DNA from: Gemmatimonadota bacterium
GTDB taxonomy: Bacteria > Gemmatimonadota > Gemmatimonadetes > Palauibacterales > Palauibacteraceae
Reading direction: 5' to 3'
NCBI GenBank assembly: GCA_035267645.1
Contig: DATFLN010000044.1
Span: 72,879 to 136,878 of the forward strand
Length of the DNA: 64,000 nt
In this document: positions 18,489 through 26,888 of the stretch, piece after piece
How the letters are laid out: each line of letters opens with the position of its first letter
Numbering within the stretch: position 1 is the first letter of the stretch
The notes under the pieces: model-generated
Seen by the model: only the letters and a program-made list of their open reading frames with translations
Databases searched by the model: none
Told to the model about the DNA's origin: nothing
Made by a program: the position numbers and the translations under genes

Positions 18489-18545
18489 TCGGGCGGGCGG
18501 CTCCCGGCGGCGGCCCCGGCGCCTACCGGCTGGCCATACGGACGC

Positions 18546-19700
18546 CTATCCCCCGGCCGGCCGGCAGGAAAGGACCAGCCCCGCGCTCGTGTAGCCGCCG
18601 CCCACGGCGGTGAGCACGATGCGGGTGGGGTCCGGGAGCGGGCCGTGCCGGCCGCGCAGCACCTCGTCCAGCGTCACGCCCACCGTGGAGGCCGAGAGGT
18701 TCCCGTAGCGCTGGATGGTGTGGACGACCCGGCCCTCCCCGAGGGAGAGCACCCGCTCCAGGCCGCGCGTGATCCGCAGGTTGGCCTGGTGGGGCACGAC
18801 ATAGTCGATCTCGTCCCAGCCCAGGTCCGTGGTCTCGAGCGCGCGGTCGGCCACCCGGCGCATGGCCTGGATGGCCTGGCGGAGGACGTGGGCCCCCCCG
18901 CCCATGTGCAGCTTGGGCGAGGGCTCCCGGGCGGTCTCCCAGCCCTGGCCCCGAAGGTTGAGGTGCTCGTACGCGTAGTCGGCCTCCGTGTACGGCCGGC
19001 CGAGCACGCCCTCGTCCTGCCCGGAGGGCGCGAGGACCGCGGCGCCCGCCCCGTCGGCGAACAGCACGGCCGTCTTGGGGTCCGTGTAGTCCGTGATCCG
19101 GGTGAGCGCGTCGCCGCACACGACGAGGACGTTCTCCCCGAGCCCGCCCCGGATGTGGGCGCACCCGGCCGCGAGGCCGTACACGAAGCCCGCGCACGCC
19201 GCGTTCATCGTGAAGCCCCCCACGTGCGGGACGCCCAGCCGCTCGGCCACCGTGCACGCCACGTTGGGGACCTCGTGGCTGCTCGTCAGGGAGACCGCGA
19301 CGATGAAGTCCAGGTCCGCGGCCTCCATCCCCGCCCGCTCGAGCGCCAGCCGGCCCGCCTCGGAGCACATGGCCTCGGGGTCCAGGCCGTCGTTCCCCTC
19401 GGGGATCACCCGCCGCTCCTCGATCCCCGTCACCTGGCGGGCCCACAGGTCGAAGACCTCGTCGGGAGCGAGCGCCTCCGGATCCTCCACGTCCTTGAGC
19501 GAGCCCCGGGCCCGCTCGACGTCGAAGTTCTCGCGGATGCCCGGATGGGCGAACAGGACCCTGTTGTCCACCCGCTCGGGCGGCAGGAAGCTCCCGGTGC
19601 CCGCCACGCGGGCGTTCGGCCTGTCTGGGCTCAACCCTCTCTCCCGTACGTGAGTCGATCCACGGATCGCCGACCTGCGATCGGGCGAAGATAGGCGCAC
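18546..19700 (-). CDS. 3-oxoacyl-ACP synthase III (FabH-like, KAS III family)
   Basis: Active-site Cys context NAACAGFVYGL, plus HQANLRI and GNLSASTV. The true start may be internal (TTG before SPDRPNARVAGTGSFLP). Confidence 0.8.
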   Translation of the reverse strand: MRLSSPDRRSAIRGSTHVRERGLSPDRPNARVAGTGSFLPPERVDNRVLFAHPGIRENFDVERARGSLKDVEDPEALAPDEVFDLWARQVTGIEERRVIPEGNDGLDPEAMCSEAGRLALERAGMEAADLDFIVAVSLTSSHEVPNVACTVAERLGVPHVGGFTMNAACAGFVYGLAAGCAHIRGGLGENVLVVCGDALTRITDYTDPKTAVLFADGAGAAVLAPSGQDEGVLGRPYTEADYAYEHLNLRGQGWETAREPSPKLHMGGGAHVLRQAIQAMRRVADRALETTDLGWDEIDYVVPHQANLRITRGLERVLSLGEGRVVHTIQRYGNLSASTVGVTLDEVLRGRHGPLPDPTRIVLTAVGGGYTSAGLVLSCRPAGG

Positions 19701-19916
19701 GGCCGGACCGGCTCAACGGTGGATGGGGGTCCGCCGCGGTGGAACAAGGCGGGGCGGCGCGCATATGCACCTGCCAGCGTGAGTGACGGGGCGAAGCGCC
19801 ACGACCGGCGGCGCTCCGGAGAGCTCGCGCCTCCGCGGTCCCGATGCTACGGGCCAGGCCCGGACGGGTCCGCGGTCGACGCAGGACCCGTGACTCACAC
19901 AAGGACGCGGACCAAC

Positions 19917-20513
19917 ATGCTCGTCACTCACGAACGGCGGTCGGCCCCGACGCTGACCGCGCTGGCGGTCGCCGGCCTCGGCCTGCTCGTCGCCGTGCCG
20001 CTCGCGGCGCAGGACGACGGCGGCTCCGGCCAGGACCAGTCGGCCCAGGAGATGCGCCAGGAGATGCGCCAGATCCAGCAGCAGATCGCGCAGATCCAGC
20101 AGAAGGCCATGCAGGACTCGGTCATCCGTGCCGAGCAGATGAACCTGCAGCAGACCATCGAGAACAAGATGAACGACATCGATGGCAAGACGTCGGACCG
20201 CAGCGACCGGGTCGGCGAGATCCAGGCGGCGATGCAGAAGGCCCGTCAGGACCAGGACACGGCCAAGATTCAGTCGCTCATGACCGAGTTCCGGCAGATC
20301 CAGGGCAAGCTGCGCCAGACGCAGGGCAAGGCTATGCAGGACTCGGCGATCCAGGCCCAGCTCCAGAGCTTCCGCTCGGACCTCATCGCCCAGATGAACG
20401 ACGTCGACCCCAAGGCCGACTCGCTCATCAACCGGCTCCAGGAGCTCCAGACGGAGGTCCAGCAGTCGATGGGTGGTGGCCAGTCCGGTGGCGGCGGGGG
20501 CGACCTCCGCTAG
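19917..20513 (+). CDS. secreted Gln-rich coiled-coil protein with internal duplication
   Basis: ATG 19917. Signal peptide LTALAVAGLGLLVAVPLAAQ. Two homologous ~43-aa segments (QQKAMQDSVIRAEQ... and QGKAMQDSAIQAQ...). G-rich tail. Confidence 0.65.
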   Translation: MLVTHERRSAPTLTALAVAGLGLLVAVPLAAQDDGGSGQDQSAQEMRQEMRQIQQQIAQIQQKAMQDSVIRAEQMNLQQTIENKMNDIDGKTSDRSDRVGEIQAAMQKARQDQDTAKIQSLMTEFRQIQGKLRQTQGKAMQDSAIQAQLQSFRSDLIAQMNDVDPKADSLINRLQELQTEVQQSMGGGQSGGGGGDLR

Positions 20514-20557
20514 GCGGAGGACCTCCGTCGGGCGGCCCCACCGCCCCTGACGGGCGG
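20504..20557. terminator. cluster of alternative GC hairpins between convergent genes
   Basis: CCTCCGC-tag-GCGGAGG spans the stop codon. It is followed by GGGCGG/CCGCCC/GGGCGG, which can pair in two ways. No U-tract. Confidence 0.3.
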
Positions 20558-20567
20558 CGCGCCGCGG

Positions 20568-21080
20568 TCAGCCGTCCGGCGCGCCGCCGCCCAGCCGGGC
20601 CCTCAGGCTGTCGACCCGGGCCTCCCTGTCCGGGTAGGGCCTGAGGAGCGCGGCCGCACGTTCCAGGAGGCCCCGGGCCACGTCGTCCTCGCCGAGGGCG
20701 ATGCGGGCCCGGGCCAGCTCCAGGTAGGCGTCCCCGTTGGACGGGTCGACCCGCACCGCTCGCTCGAGCACGGCGGCGGCCGCATCGGGACGGTCTGCAT
20801 CGAGAAGGCTCCGGCCCCGCTCGACCAGGCGGCCGGAGGCCGACCGCTCGGGCGTTCCCGCCCCCGCGTCGGCCGTCTCGACCGAGCCCCCGCTCCCCGA
20901 GGCGCACCCGACCGGGCCCGCCAGCGCCAGCCCCGCCACGAGCAGGGCGAGCACCAGCCTCCCGGCCGCCCGGAGGATCGAGCGTCCCGGCCGTCCGCGC
21001 CGACGCTCCTCGCCGCTCGCCCGGGGGGGCATCCGACGCATCCTCACCCTCCTCGAAGTCCTCTCGTCGTCCCGACTCAT
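20568..21080 (-). CDS. TPR-repeat lipoprotein
   Basis: ATG 21080 overlaps the PBP1A stop (ATGA). Lipobox-like LALAGPVGC. TPR-like DRPDAAAAVLERAVRVDPSNGDAYLELARARIALGE. Confidence 0.65.
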   Translation of the reverse strand: MSRDDERTSRRVRMRRMPPRASGEERRRGRPGRSILRAAGRLVLALLVAGLALAGPVGCASGSGGSVETADAGAGTPERSASGRLVERGRSLLDADRPDAAAAVLERAVRVDPSNGDAYLELARARIALGEDDVARGLLERAAALLRPYPDREARVDSLRARLGGGAPDG

Positions 21081-23395
21081 CGCGCGCTCCTGCATCCGGA
21101 CGAGGGAGCCGTCCCCTCGAGGAACACCTCCTTCCGGGTCGGCCCGCAGGCCGGCTGCGGGAGCCTCCCCGTGGCGCTGTCGACCGTCACCGCGACGACG
21201 CCCGCCGGCGCCGGGAACGTGGCCTCCGCCGGACGGCCCGCCGAGCCGTCGCCGTAGCGGTCCACGAACCGGACCCAGAGGGGGAGGGCCGCGCCCGAGC
21301 CCGGCAGGCCCAGCGAGCGATTGTCGTCGAAGCCCACCCACACGACGACGACCAGCGACGGGGTGAAGCCGGCGAACCACGCGTCGCGGTAGTCGCTGCT
21401 CGTGCCGGTCTTCCCGGCCGCGTGGCCCGCGTACCCCAGCGACCGCGCCCGGGCCGCGGTCCCGTTCACCAGGACGTCCTGCAGCGCCCGGTCCACCAAA
21501 TACACCGGCCCGGCCGGGGCCACCCGGTCCATGCGCAGCGGGCGGGCCTCGAGCGCGTCCCCGTCCGCCCCCACGACCCCGAGGACCGAGAGCGGGTCGG
21601 GCCGGATGCCGCCGCCGGCCAGTGCCGCATAGGCGGAGGCCATCTCGAGGGGGGTCGACTCGAACGCGCCCAGCGACAGCGACGGGAGGGGACGGAGCCG
21701 CCCTCCCAGGCCGAGCGCCCGCGCCGTGGCCACCACGCGCGAGAGGCCCACGTCCATCCCGAGCCGGGCGCTGGCCAGGTTGTAGCTGTGGACCAGCGCC
21801 TCGTGCAGCGTCACGAGGCCGTGCTCGCGGCCCTCGTAGTTGGAGGGCGACCACACGCCCTCCTCCGTGTCCACGTGGAGCGCCGAGTCAGCCACCCGCG
21901 CGCCCAGCGTCCACCGCCCGGTCGTGTCCTCCAGGGCCGTGAGGTACACGAACGGCTTGAACAGCGAGCCCGGCTGCCGGCGGGCATCGACGGCCCGGTT
22001 GAACTGCGTGGAGCCGTAGGACCGCCCCCCGACGAGCGCCAGCACGTCGCCCGTGCGCGGATCCATGGCGACCAGGGCGGCCTGCAGCGCCCCCTCCCCG
22101 TCCCGCCGGAGCTTCTCGTACGAGGCCTCGAGGGAGGCCAGGCCGCGCTCGACCGCCTCGCGCGCGGCCACCTGGGCGCTCGGATCCAGCGTGGTGAACA
22201 CCCTGAGGCCGCGCCGGCTCAGGGCCTCCTCGGGATAGCGCCTGGACAGCTCCCGCTCCACGTAGTCGACGAAGTAGGGAGCCGCGTCCACCGGACGCTC
22301 CCGGGCGGCCCCGGGAAGCGGCTCCCGCTCGGCCCGGGCCCGCTCCTCCTGGCCGATCCGGCCCTGCGCCTCCATGAGGCCGAGCACGATCGAGCGGCGG
22401 CGGCGGGCCGCCTCGGGATGGCGGAACGGGTCGTAGCGCGCCGGGCTCTGGATCAGGCCGGCCAGGAGCGCGGCCTGCGACAGGTCCAGCTTCCCCACGT
22501 CACGGGAGAAGTAGTGCCGGGCGGCCTCCTGGACGCCCACGATGCTCACGGGGCCGCGCTGGCCCAGGTAGATCTCGTTGAGGTACGCCTCGAGGATCTC
22601 GGCCTTGTCGTGCTCGCGCTCGAGCACGGTGGCCATGATCGCCTCCCGGACCTTGCGAAGCAGGGTGCGGGCAGGGCTCAGGTAGAAGTTCTTGACGAGC
22701 TGCTGCGTCAGCGTGCTCCCGCCCTGCTCGAGGCGCCCGTGCGTCAGGTCGTGGAGCGCCGCTCCCGCGATCCGGACGAGGTCCACGCCGCCGTGCCGGA
22801 AGAAGCGGCGGTCCTCCACGGAGAGGACCGCCTGGGTGACCACGGCCGGGACGCGGGAGAGCTCGACGGGCGTCCGGAGGACCATGCGCCGGTCCAGGAG
22901 GGTGGCCACCTCCACCGGCTCGAGCCGGACGTCGTAGACCGCCGTGTCGGCCGAGAGGTCGCGGAGGGAGCCGATGCGCCCGCCGTCCTCGGCGATCGAG
23001 AGCGGAAACCCCTCGAAGCGGCCTTCCGGGGGGGGATAGGCGAAATCGTGGAGGCCGACCAGGATCCGGGACCCGAGGACGTGGAACTCGCCGGGGGCCG
23101 GCGCGCCGCTGCCGCCGGCCCTCCTGTAGCCCCGGTCCCCGAGCGCCTCGAGGAGCGCCCCGCGGTCCAGGGCGCGGCCCGGATACAGGTCCAGGGGCCT
23201 GGCGAACACCCGGGACGGCGCGCTGGCCGTGTGACGGCTCCAGGTGGACTCCACGTCGCGCCGGACGTGCCGGACGTACAGCCATCCCGACAGGAGGACG
23301 AGCGCGAGGAAGGCGAGGAGGACGAGAGCCGCGGAGCGGCGGCGGGCCTTGCGGCGCCGGGCCTTCCGCCCGCGGCGGCGACGGCGGCGGGACAT
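21077..23395 (-). CDS. mrcA: penicillin-binding protein 1A (bifunctional glycosyltransferase/transpeptidase)
   Basis: GT51 motifs EDRRFFRHGGVD and GGSTLTQQL. Transpeptidase motifs SLFKP (SxxK), SYN and KTGTS. N-terminal TM anchor. Confidence 0.92.
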   Translation of the reverse strand: MSRRRRRRGRKARRRKARRRSAALVLLAFLALVLLSGWLYVRHVRRDVESTWSRHTASAPSRVFARPLDLYPGRALDRGALLEALGDRGYRRAGGSGAPAPGEFHVLGSRILVGLHDFAYPPPEGRFEGFPLSIAEDGGRIGSLRDLSADTAVYDVRLEPVEVATLLDRRMVLRTPVELSRVPAVVTQAVLSVEDRRFFRHGGVDLVRIAGAALHDLTHGRLEQGGSTLTQQLVKNFYLSPARTLLRKVREAIMATVLEREHDKAEILEAYLNEIYLGQRGPVSIVGVQEAARHYFSRDVGKLDLSQAALLAGLIQSPARYDPFRHPEAARRRRSIVLGLMEAQGRIGQEERARAEREPLPGAARERPVDAAPYFVDYVERELSRRYPEEALSRRGLRVFTTLDPSAQVAAREAVERGLASLEASYEKLRRDGEGALQAALVAMDPRTGDVLALVGGRSYGSTQFNRAVDARRQPGSLFKPFVYLTALEDTTGRWTLGARVADSALHVDTEEGVWSPSNYEGREHGLVTLHEALVHSYNLASARLGMDVGLSRVVATARALGLGGRLRPLPSLSLGAFESTPLEMASAYAALAGGGIRPDPLSVLGVVGADGDALEARPLRMDRVAPAGPVYLVDRALQDVLVNGTAARARSLGYAGHAAGKTGTSSDYRDAWFAGFTPSLVVVVWVGFDDNRSLGLPGSGAALPLWVRFVDRYGDGSAGRPAEATFPAPAGVVAVTVDSATGRLPQPACGPTRKEVFLEGTAPSSGCRSAR

Positions 23396-23407
23396 CGAGG
23401 CGGCGGC

Positions 23408-24190
23408 TCAGCCCCCTCCGGATCCGGTGGAGCCCGGCCCCTTGCCGCTGCCCGCGCCGGCAGGCGGGCCGCCGCCCTTCCCCTGGCCGGCGCCCTTGGC
23501 CTGGCCGGGCGGCGCGCCGCCGGGGGGACCGCCGTTGCCGATCGCGGACCCCACGGTCCCGGCCGCCTGGCCGGGCGACGTGCCCTGGCGGATCAGGCTC
23601 CGGACCCGGGCCGGGACGTCGAGGAGCTGGTCGCCCCTCTGCCCCTTCTTCAGGGCCTTCTGCACCACGTCCACGGCCTGGTCGACCGGGACGCCGGCGT
23701 CGAGGAGATCCCCGAGCGCGACCAGGGCCATCGGGTCGCCGCCCCCCGTCGTCCCGACCGCGCGGACCGCCCCTTCCGGCACCCCCTTCTGGAGGGCGTC
23801 GGCCCCGGCCACGAGCATGGAGCCGTCGGCGGAGCGTCCCAGGAGCTTTCGGGTGGCGGACAGGCGCGACGCGTAGGTCTCGAGCGCCTGGACCACCCTG
23901 GGCCCCGGCACGCCCTTGGCCGCCCCCTCGAGCGCCTTGTCCAGGACCAGGGACTCGGGGACGCCGGCCGACCGGGCGTCGGACAGGAGGTCCTCGATCC
24001 GGCTCGAGACGGCCGGCCCGAACTGAGAGCGGACCTGCTCGAGCTTGGCTCCCAGGTCGGCCCGGGTGGCCGGCGCGTTCCCCTGCTGGGCCCACGCGGG
24101 CGTCCACAGGGCCGTACACGCGGCGACCACCACGACGAGCGACCCGATCCGGGAGCGCTCCCAGCCTGTGATTCTGCTGTTCGTATCCAT
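23408..24190 (-). CDS. secreted hypothetical protein with Gly/Pro-rich tail
   Basis: ATG 24190 gives MDTNSRITGWERSRIGSLVVVVAACTALWTPAWAQ (signal peptide), then a helical region and a GGPPGGAPPGQAKGAGQGKGGG tail. 12 nt upstream of PBP1A. Confidence 0.55.
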   Translation of the reverse strand: MDTNSRITGWERSRIGSLVVVVAACTALWTPAWAQQGNAPATRADLGAKLEQVRSQFGPAVSSRIEDLLSDARSAGVPESLVLDKALEGAAKGVPGPRVVQALETYASRLSATRKLLGRSADGSMLVAGADALQKGVPEGAVRAVGTTGGGDPMALVALGDLLDAGVPVDQAVDVVQKALKKGQRGDQLLDVPARVRSLIRQGTSPGQAAGTVGSAIGNGGPPGGAPPGQAKGAGQGKGGGPPAGAGSGKGPGSTGSGGG

Positions 24191-24312
24191 AGTCACATCC
24201 TCGTCCCCGCCACGTCGGAGGATCTCCGGCCGCGCCGGAGTTCTCCGCTCACCACTGTTCATCCCGCAGACGACCGAGCGGGCCGTCGGGTCACCGCGGC
24301 CGACACGACGCG

Positions 24313-25470
24313 CTACGGCACGACGAGCGTAGCGTTCTCGCGTCCCCACTCGTCGCTCACCCGGCCCGGCGCGTCCGGCGGCACGTACCAGCGGCCGTCC
24401 ACCAGGAACGCGAAGTGGTACGTGCCGGGCGCCACCCGGATCTCGACCACCCAGCGGCCGTCCGCGCGATGCATGGCCACCGGGCTCCAGTCCGTGAAGT
24501 CACCCGCCACCGCCACGCTGTCCGCGTCCTGCGCCGACACGCTGAACTCGATCGTCGGCCTGGAGCCCGAGCGCAGCACCCTGTAGAGCTCCGGACGCTC
24601 GGTCTCCACGACCGCGATCCTCCGGCTGGCCACGCCGACGGCGTACGTGGCCGGCGGCGTCCCGAGCACCGGATCCGGCTCCGAGCGGCCGCCCGAGCCG
24701 AACACCGACCAGCCACCTCCCACGGGGATCCGCACCCGGAGGGACGCGGCCGCCTCGGTGCCCGAGGGCGTGTCCCACACCCCGAGCGAGGCGCCCCAGT
24801 CCACCGGACCGCGGCTCCCGTCGAGCTCCAGGGACCCCGTCCTGTAGCTCCCGAGGCCGCCGTCGTACGCCTCGAAGCGGGCGGTCACCCCGAGGCTCGC
24901 GGAGCCGAAGCGGACCCCGGGGCCGCCACCGGCCAGCCACAGGTGCGAGCCCGTCTCGGGCACGACCAGGTTCAGCCGGTCCACCCGCCGCCCCGGCCGG
25001 CGGGAGCCTCCGACGGCGGCCCGGCCCCGCAGGAGGAGCTCGGCCGGACCGAGCGCGAAGCGGAGCTCCGGCCGCGTCTCCAGGCTCAGGGCCCGGTAGG
25101 CCGTCGGCTCGCCGACGACCGAGGCCGACGCGCCGGCCTCGAGGTCGAGCCCGAGACGCGGGCCCACGGCGGTCCGCCAGCCGCCCCCGAGCGTGAGCGC
25201 GGCCCAATCGCCTCCGCCGGAGCCCAGACCCAGTCCCCCGTACAGGCTCCCGAGCAGCCTCAGCGGCCCGCCTCCCGGACGGGCCAGCGCCCGGAGCCCC
25301 CCCAGCACGTACGTGGCCGGCTCGGAGCCGGACCCCGCGGGCGGCTGCGCGCGCGAGAAGCCCAGGTCCGCATCGGCCCGGAGCTCCTGGGCGGCGGCCG
25401 CCCCGGGCCGCCACAGCGCCGGGAGCGCGCCGGCCAGCAGCAGGAGGGAGAGCGCTCGGCGGACCCCCAC
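24313..25470 (-). CDS. exported protein: Gly-rich beta-strand N-domain plus C-terminal CBM48/AMPK-beta-like (E-set) domain
   Basis: Signal peptide LSLLLLAGALPALWRPGAAAAQ. The C-terminus SVAVAGDFTDWSPVAMHRADGRWVVEIRVAPGTYHFAFLVDGRW matches the glycogen-binding-module pattern. Confidence 0.7.
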   Translation of the reverse strand: MGVRRALSLLLLAGALPALWRPGAAAAQELRADADLGFSRAQPPAGSGSEPATYVLGGLRALARPGGGPLRLLGSLYGGLGLGSGGGDWAALTLGGGWRTAVGPRLGLDLEAGASASVVGEPTAYRALSLETRPELRFALGPAELLLRGRAAVGGSRRPGRRVDRLNLVVPETGSHLWLAGGGPGVRFGSASLGVTARFEAYDGGLGSYRTGSLELDGSRGPVDWGASLGVWDTPSGTEAAASLRVRIPVGGGWSVFGSGGRSEPDPVLGTPPATYAVGVASRRIAVVETERPELYRVLRSGSRPTIEFSVSAQDADSVAVAGDFTDWSPVAMHRADGRWVVEIRVAPGTYHFAFLVDGRWYVPPDAPGRVSDEWGRENATLVVP

Positions 25471-25476
25471 CCCGCG

Positions 25477-26193
25477 TCAGGTGCCCGCGGGCGGCGAGAT
25501 CGCCAGGACGGCGTTCCTGTGGCCGAACCCGTCGTCCACGTACCGACTGGCGTCCGGGTCCGTCACCCACCGGCTTCCGTCCACCACGAACATGTACTGG
25601 TGGACGCCCGGCCCGACCGGCACGAGCGCGGTCCACACGCCGTCGCCGTCGGGATCCCGGAGCTGGACCGTCGGACGCCAGTCGGTGAAGTCGCCCGCGA
25701 CGGCCACCGAGGAGGCGTCGCCCGCCCGCAGGCTGAGCTCGACGTACACCTGGGGACCGCCCGTCTCGGGCGTGGTGAGGCTGGCCGGCCGGACCGCGCT
25801 CGAGTCCGTCGGAGGCGCCGGCGGCCGCTCCGAGGGCCACACGACCAGGGCCACGAGCGCCGCGGCCGCCAGGGCCGCGACCGGCGGAACGGGGATCCGA
25901 ACCGGCCGGACGAGCCAGCCCAGGGCGCGGGCCCACCCGGCGCGCTCCTCGCGGGAGCCCTCCGGGGACCGCTCGTGCGGGGGCGCGGCGCTCCCCGCCG
26001 AGCTCCTCCCGGCGGCCTCCTCCTCGACCGCCGACATGACGTCCCGCAGGAGCGTCCCGGGCGCGCGGACCGCCGACGCCTCGCGCATCGTCCGGAACAG
26101 ACGTCCCCAGGCCTCCGCCTCGGAGCGCTCTTCGGGCGCGAGATCCTCGACCCCGATCTCCCCATCCAGGTACTTCTTCAGCTTCTCGTTCAC
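25477..26193 (-). CDS. anti-sigma factor (single TM) with periplasmic CBM48-like domain
   Basis: GTG 26193 overlaps the sigma stop (GTGA). TM VPPVAALAAAALVALVVW. C-terminus SVAVAGDFTDWRPTVQLRDPDGDGVWTALVPVGPGVHQYMFVVDGSRW. Confidence 0.7.
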   Translation of the reverse strand: MNEKLKKYLDGEIGVEDLAPEERSEAEAWGRLFRTMREASAVRAPGTLLRDVMSAVEEEAAGRSSAGSAAPPHERSPEGSREERAGWARALGWLVRPVRIPVPPVAALAAAALVALVVWPSERPPAPPTDSSAVRPASLTTPETGGPQVYVELSLRAGDASSVAVAGDFTDWRPTVQLRDPDGDGVWTALVPVGPGVHQYMFVVDGSRWVTDPDASRYVDDGFGHRNAVLAISPPAGT

Positions 26194-26747
26194 TGGTATT
26201 CGCTCAGCAGCTCCCGGAGCTCCTCACGGGCTCGGTGCACGCGCATCTTGAGCGCCGGCACCGACACCTCGAGCATCTCGGACATCTCCTCGTACGACAG
26301 GTCCTGCACGTGCTTCAGCACGAAGGCCTCGCGCTGGTCCTCGGTGAGGCTCTCCAGCGCCCGCTCCAGGTCGGACCCGAGCTGGCTCCGGTCGAGCTCC
26401 ACGTCCGGATCGCCCCGCTCGCTCGCCAGCGTGGGGGCGTCGTCCAGGGCCACCTCGTCCCGTCGCCGGTCCTTGAGGTAGTCCTTGCAGAGGTTGGCCG
26501 TGATCCGGAACAGCCAGCCCCCCACCTTCTCCGGGTGCCGGCAGTCCTCGAGCCTGCGGAACCCCTTCACGAACGCCCGCTGCACCAGGTCGGCGGCGTC
26601 GTCCGACCGGCTGGCCATCCGCACCGCGTGCCTGTAGAGGACATCCTCGTACCGCTCCACGAGGTGGCGGTACATGTCCGGACGCCCGTCCAGCACGTGA
26701 CGGACGATCTCGGCATCGGTGAGTTCCTCTCTCCCCGTCTCGGGCAT
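26190..26747 (-). CDS. ECF-type RNA polymerase sigma-70 family factor
   Basis: Region 2 (DLVQRAFVKGFRRL...GWLFRITANLCKDYLK) and region 4 (QREAFVLKHVQDLSYEEMSEMLEVSVPALKMRVHRAR). Confidence 0.9.
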   Translation of the reverse strand: MPETGREELTDAEIVRHVLDGRPDMYRHLVERYEDVLYRHAVRMASRSDDAADLVQRAFVKGFRRLEDCRHPEKVGGWLFRITANLCKDYLKDRRRDEVALDDAPTLASERGDPDVELDRSQLGSDLERALESLTEDQREAFVLKHVQDLSYEEMSEMLEVSVPALKMRVHRAREELRELLSEYQ

Positions 26748-26888
26748 GCCGCCGCGTGGCTCCTCCCCTGCCGTTCCGGTGGGCCGGACGGGGGACGCAG
26801 CCCGCCGCCGGCGCGACCGTCAACATGGCGGTCGAACCGGCGGCGGACAACGTCGAAGAGCCCGGGCGGAGCATCTACCGGCCGTCCA

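Noticed and set aside
20046-20069. Tandem 12-nt repeat caggagatgcgc x2 and nearby cagatccagcag repeats as a possible CRISPR or satellite
   Set aside because: There are only two copies, they are in frame, and they encode QEMRQEMRQ within the Gln-rich protein. There is no spacer architecture.
19917-20513. Local drop in GC suggesting a horizontally acquired gene
   Set aside because: Third codon positions are still G/C (cag, atc, aag, gac). The shift comes from the Q/K/M/I/D/N-rich amino-acid content, not from foreign codon usage.
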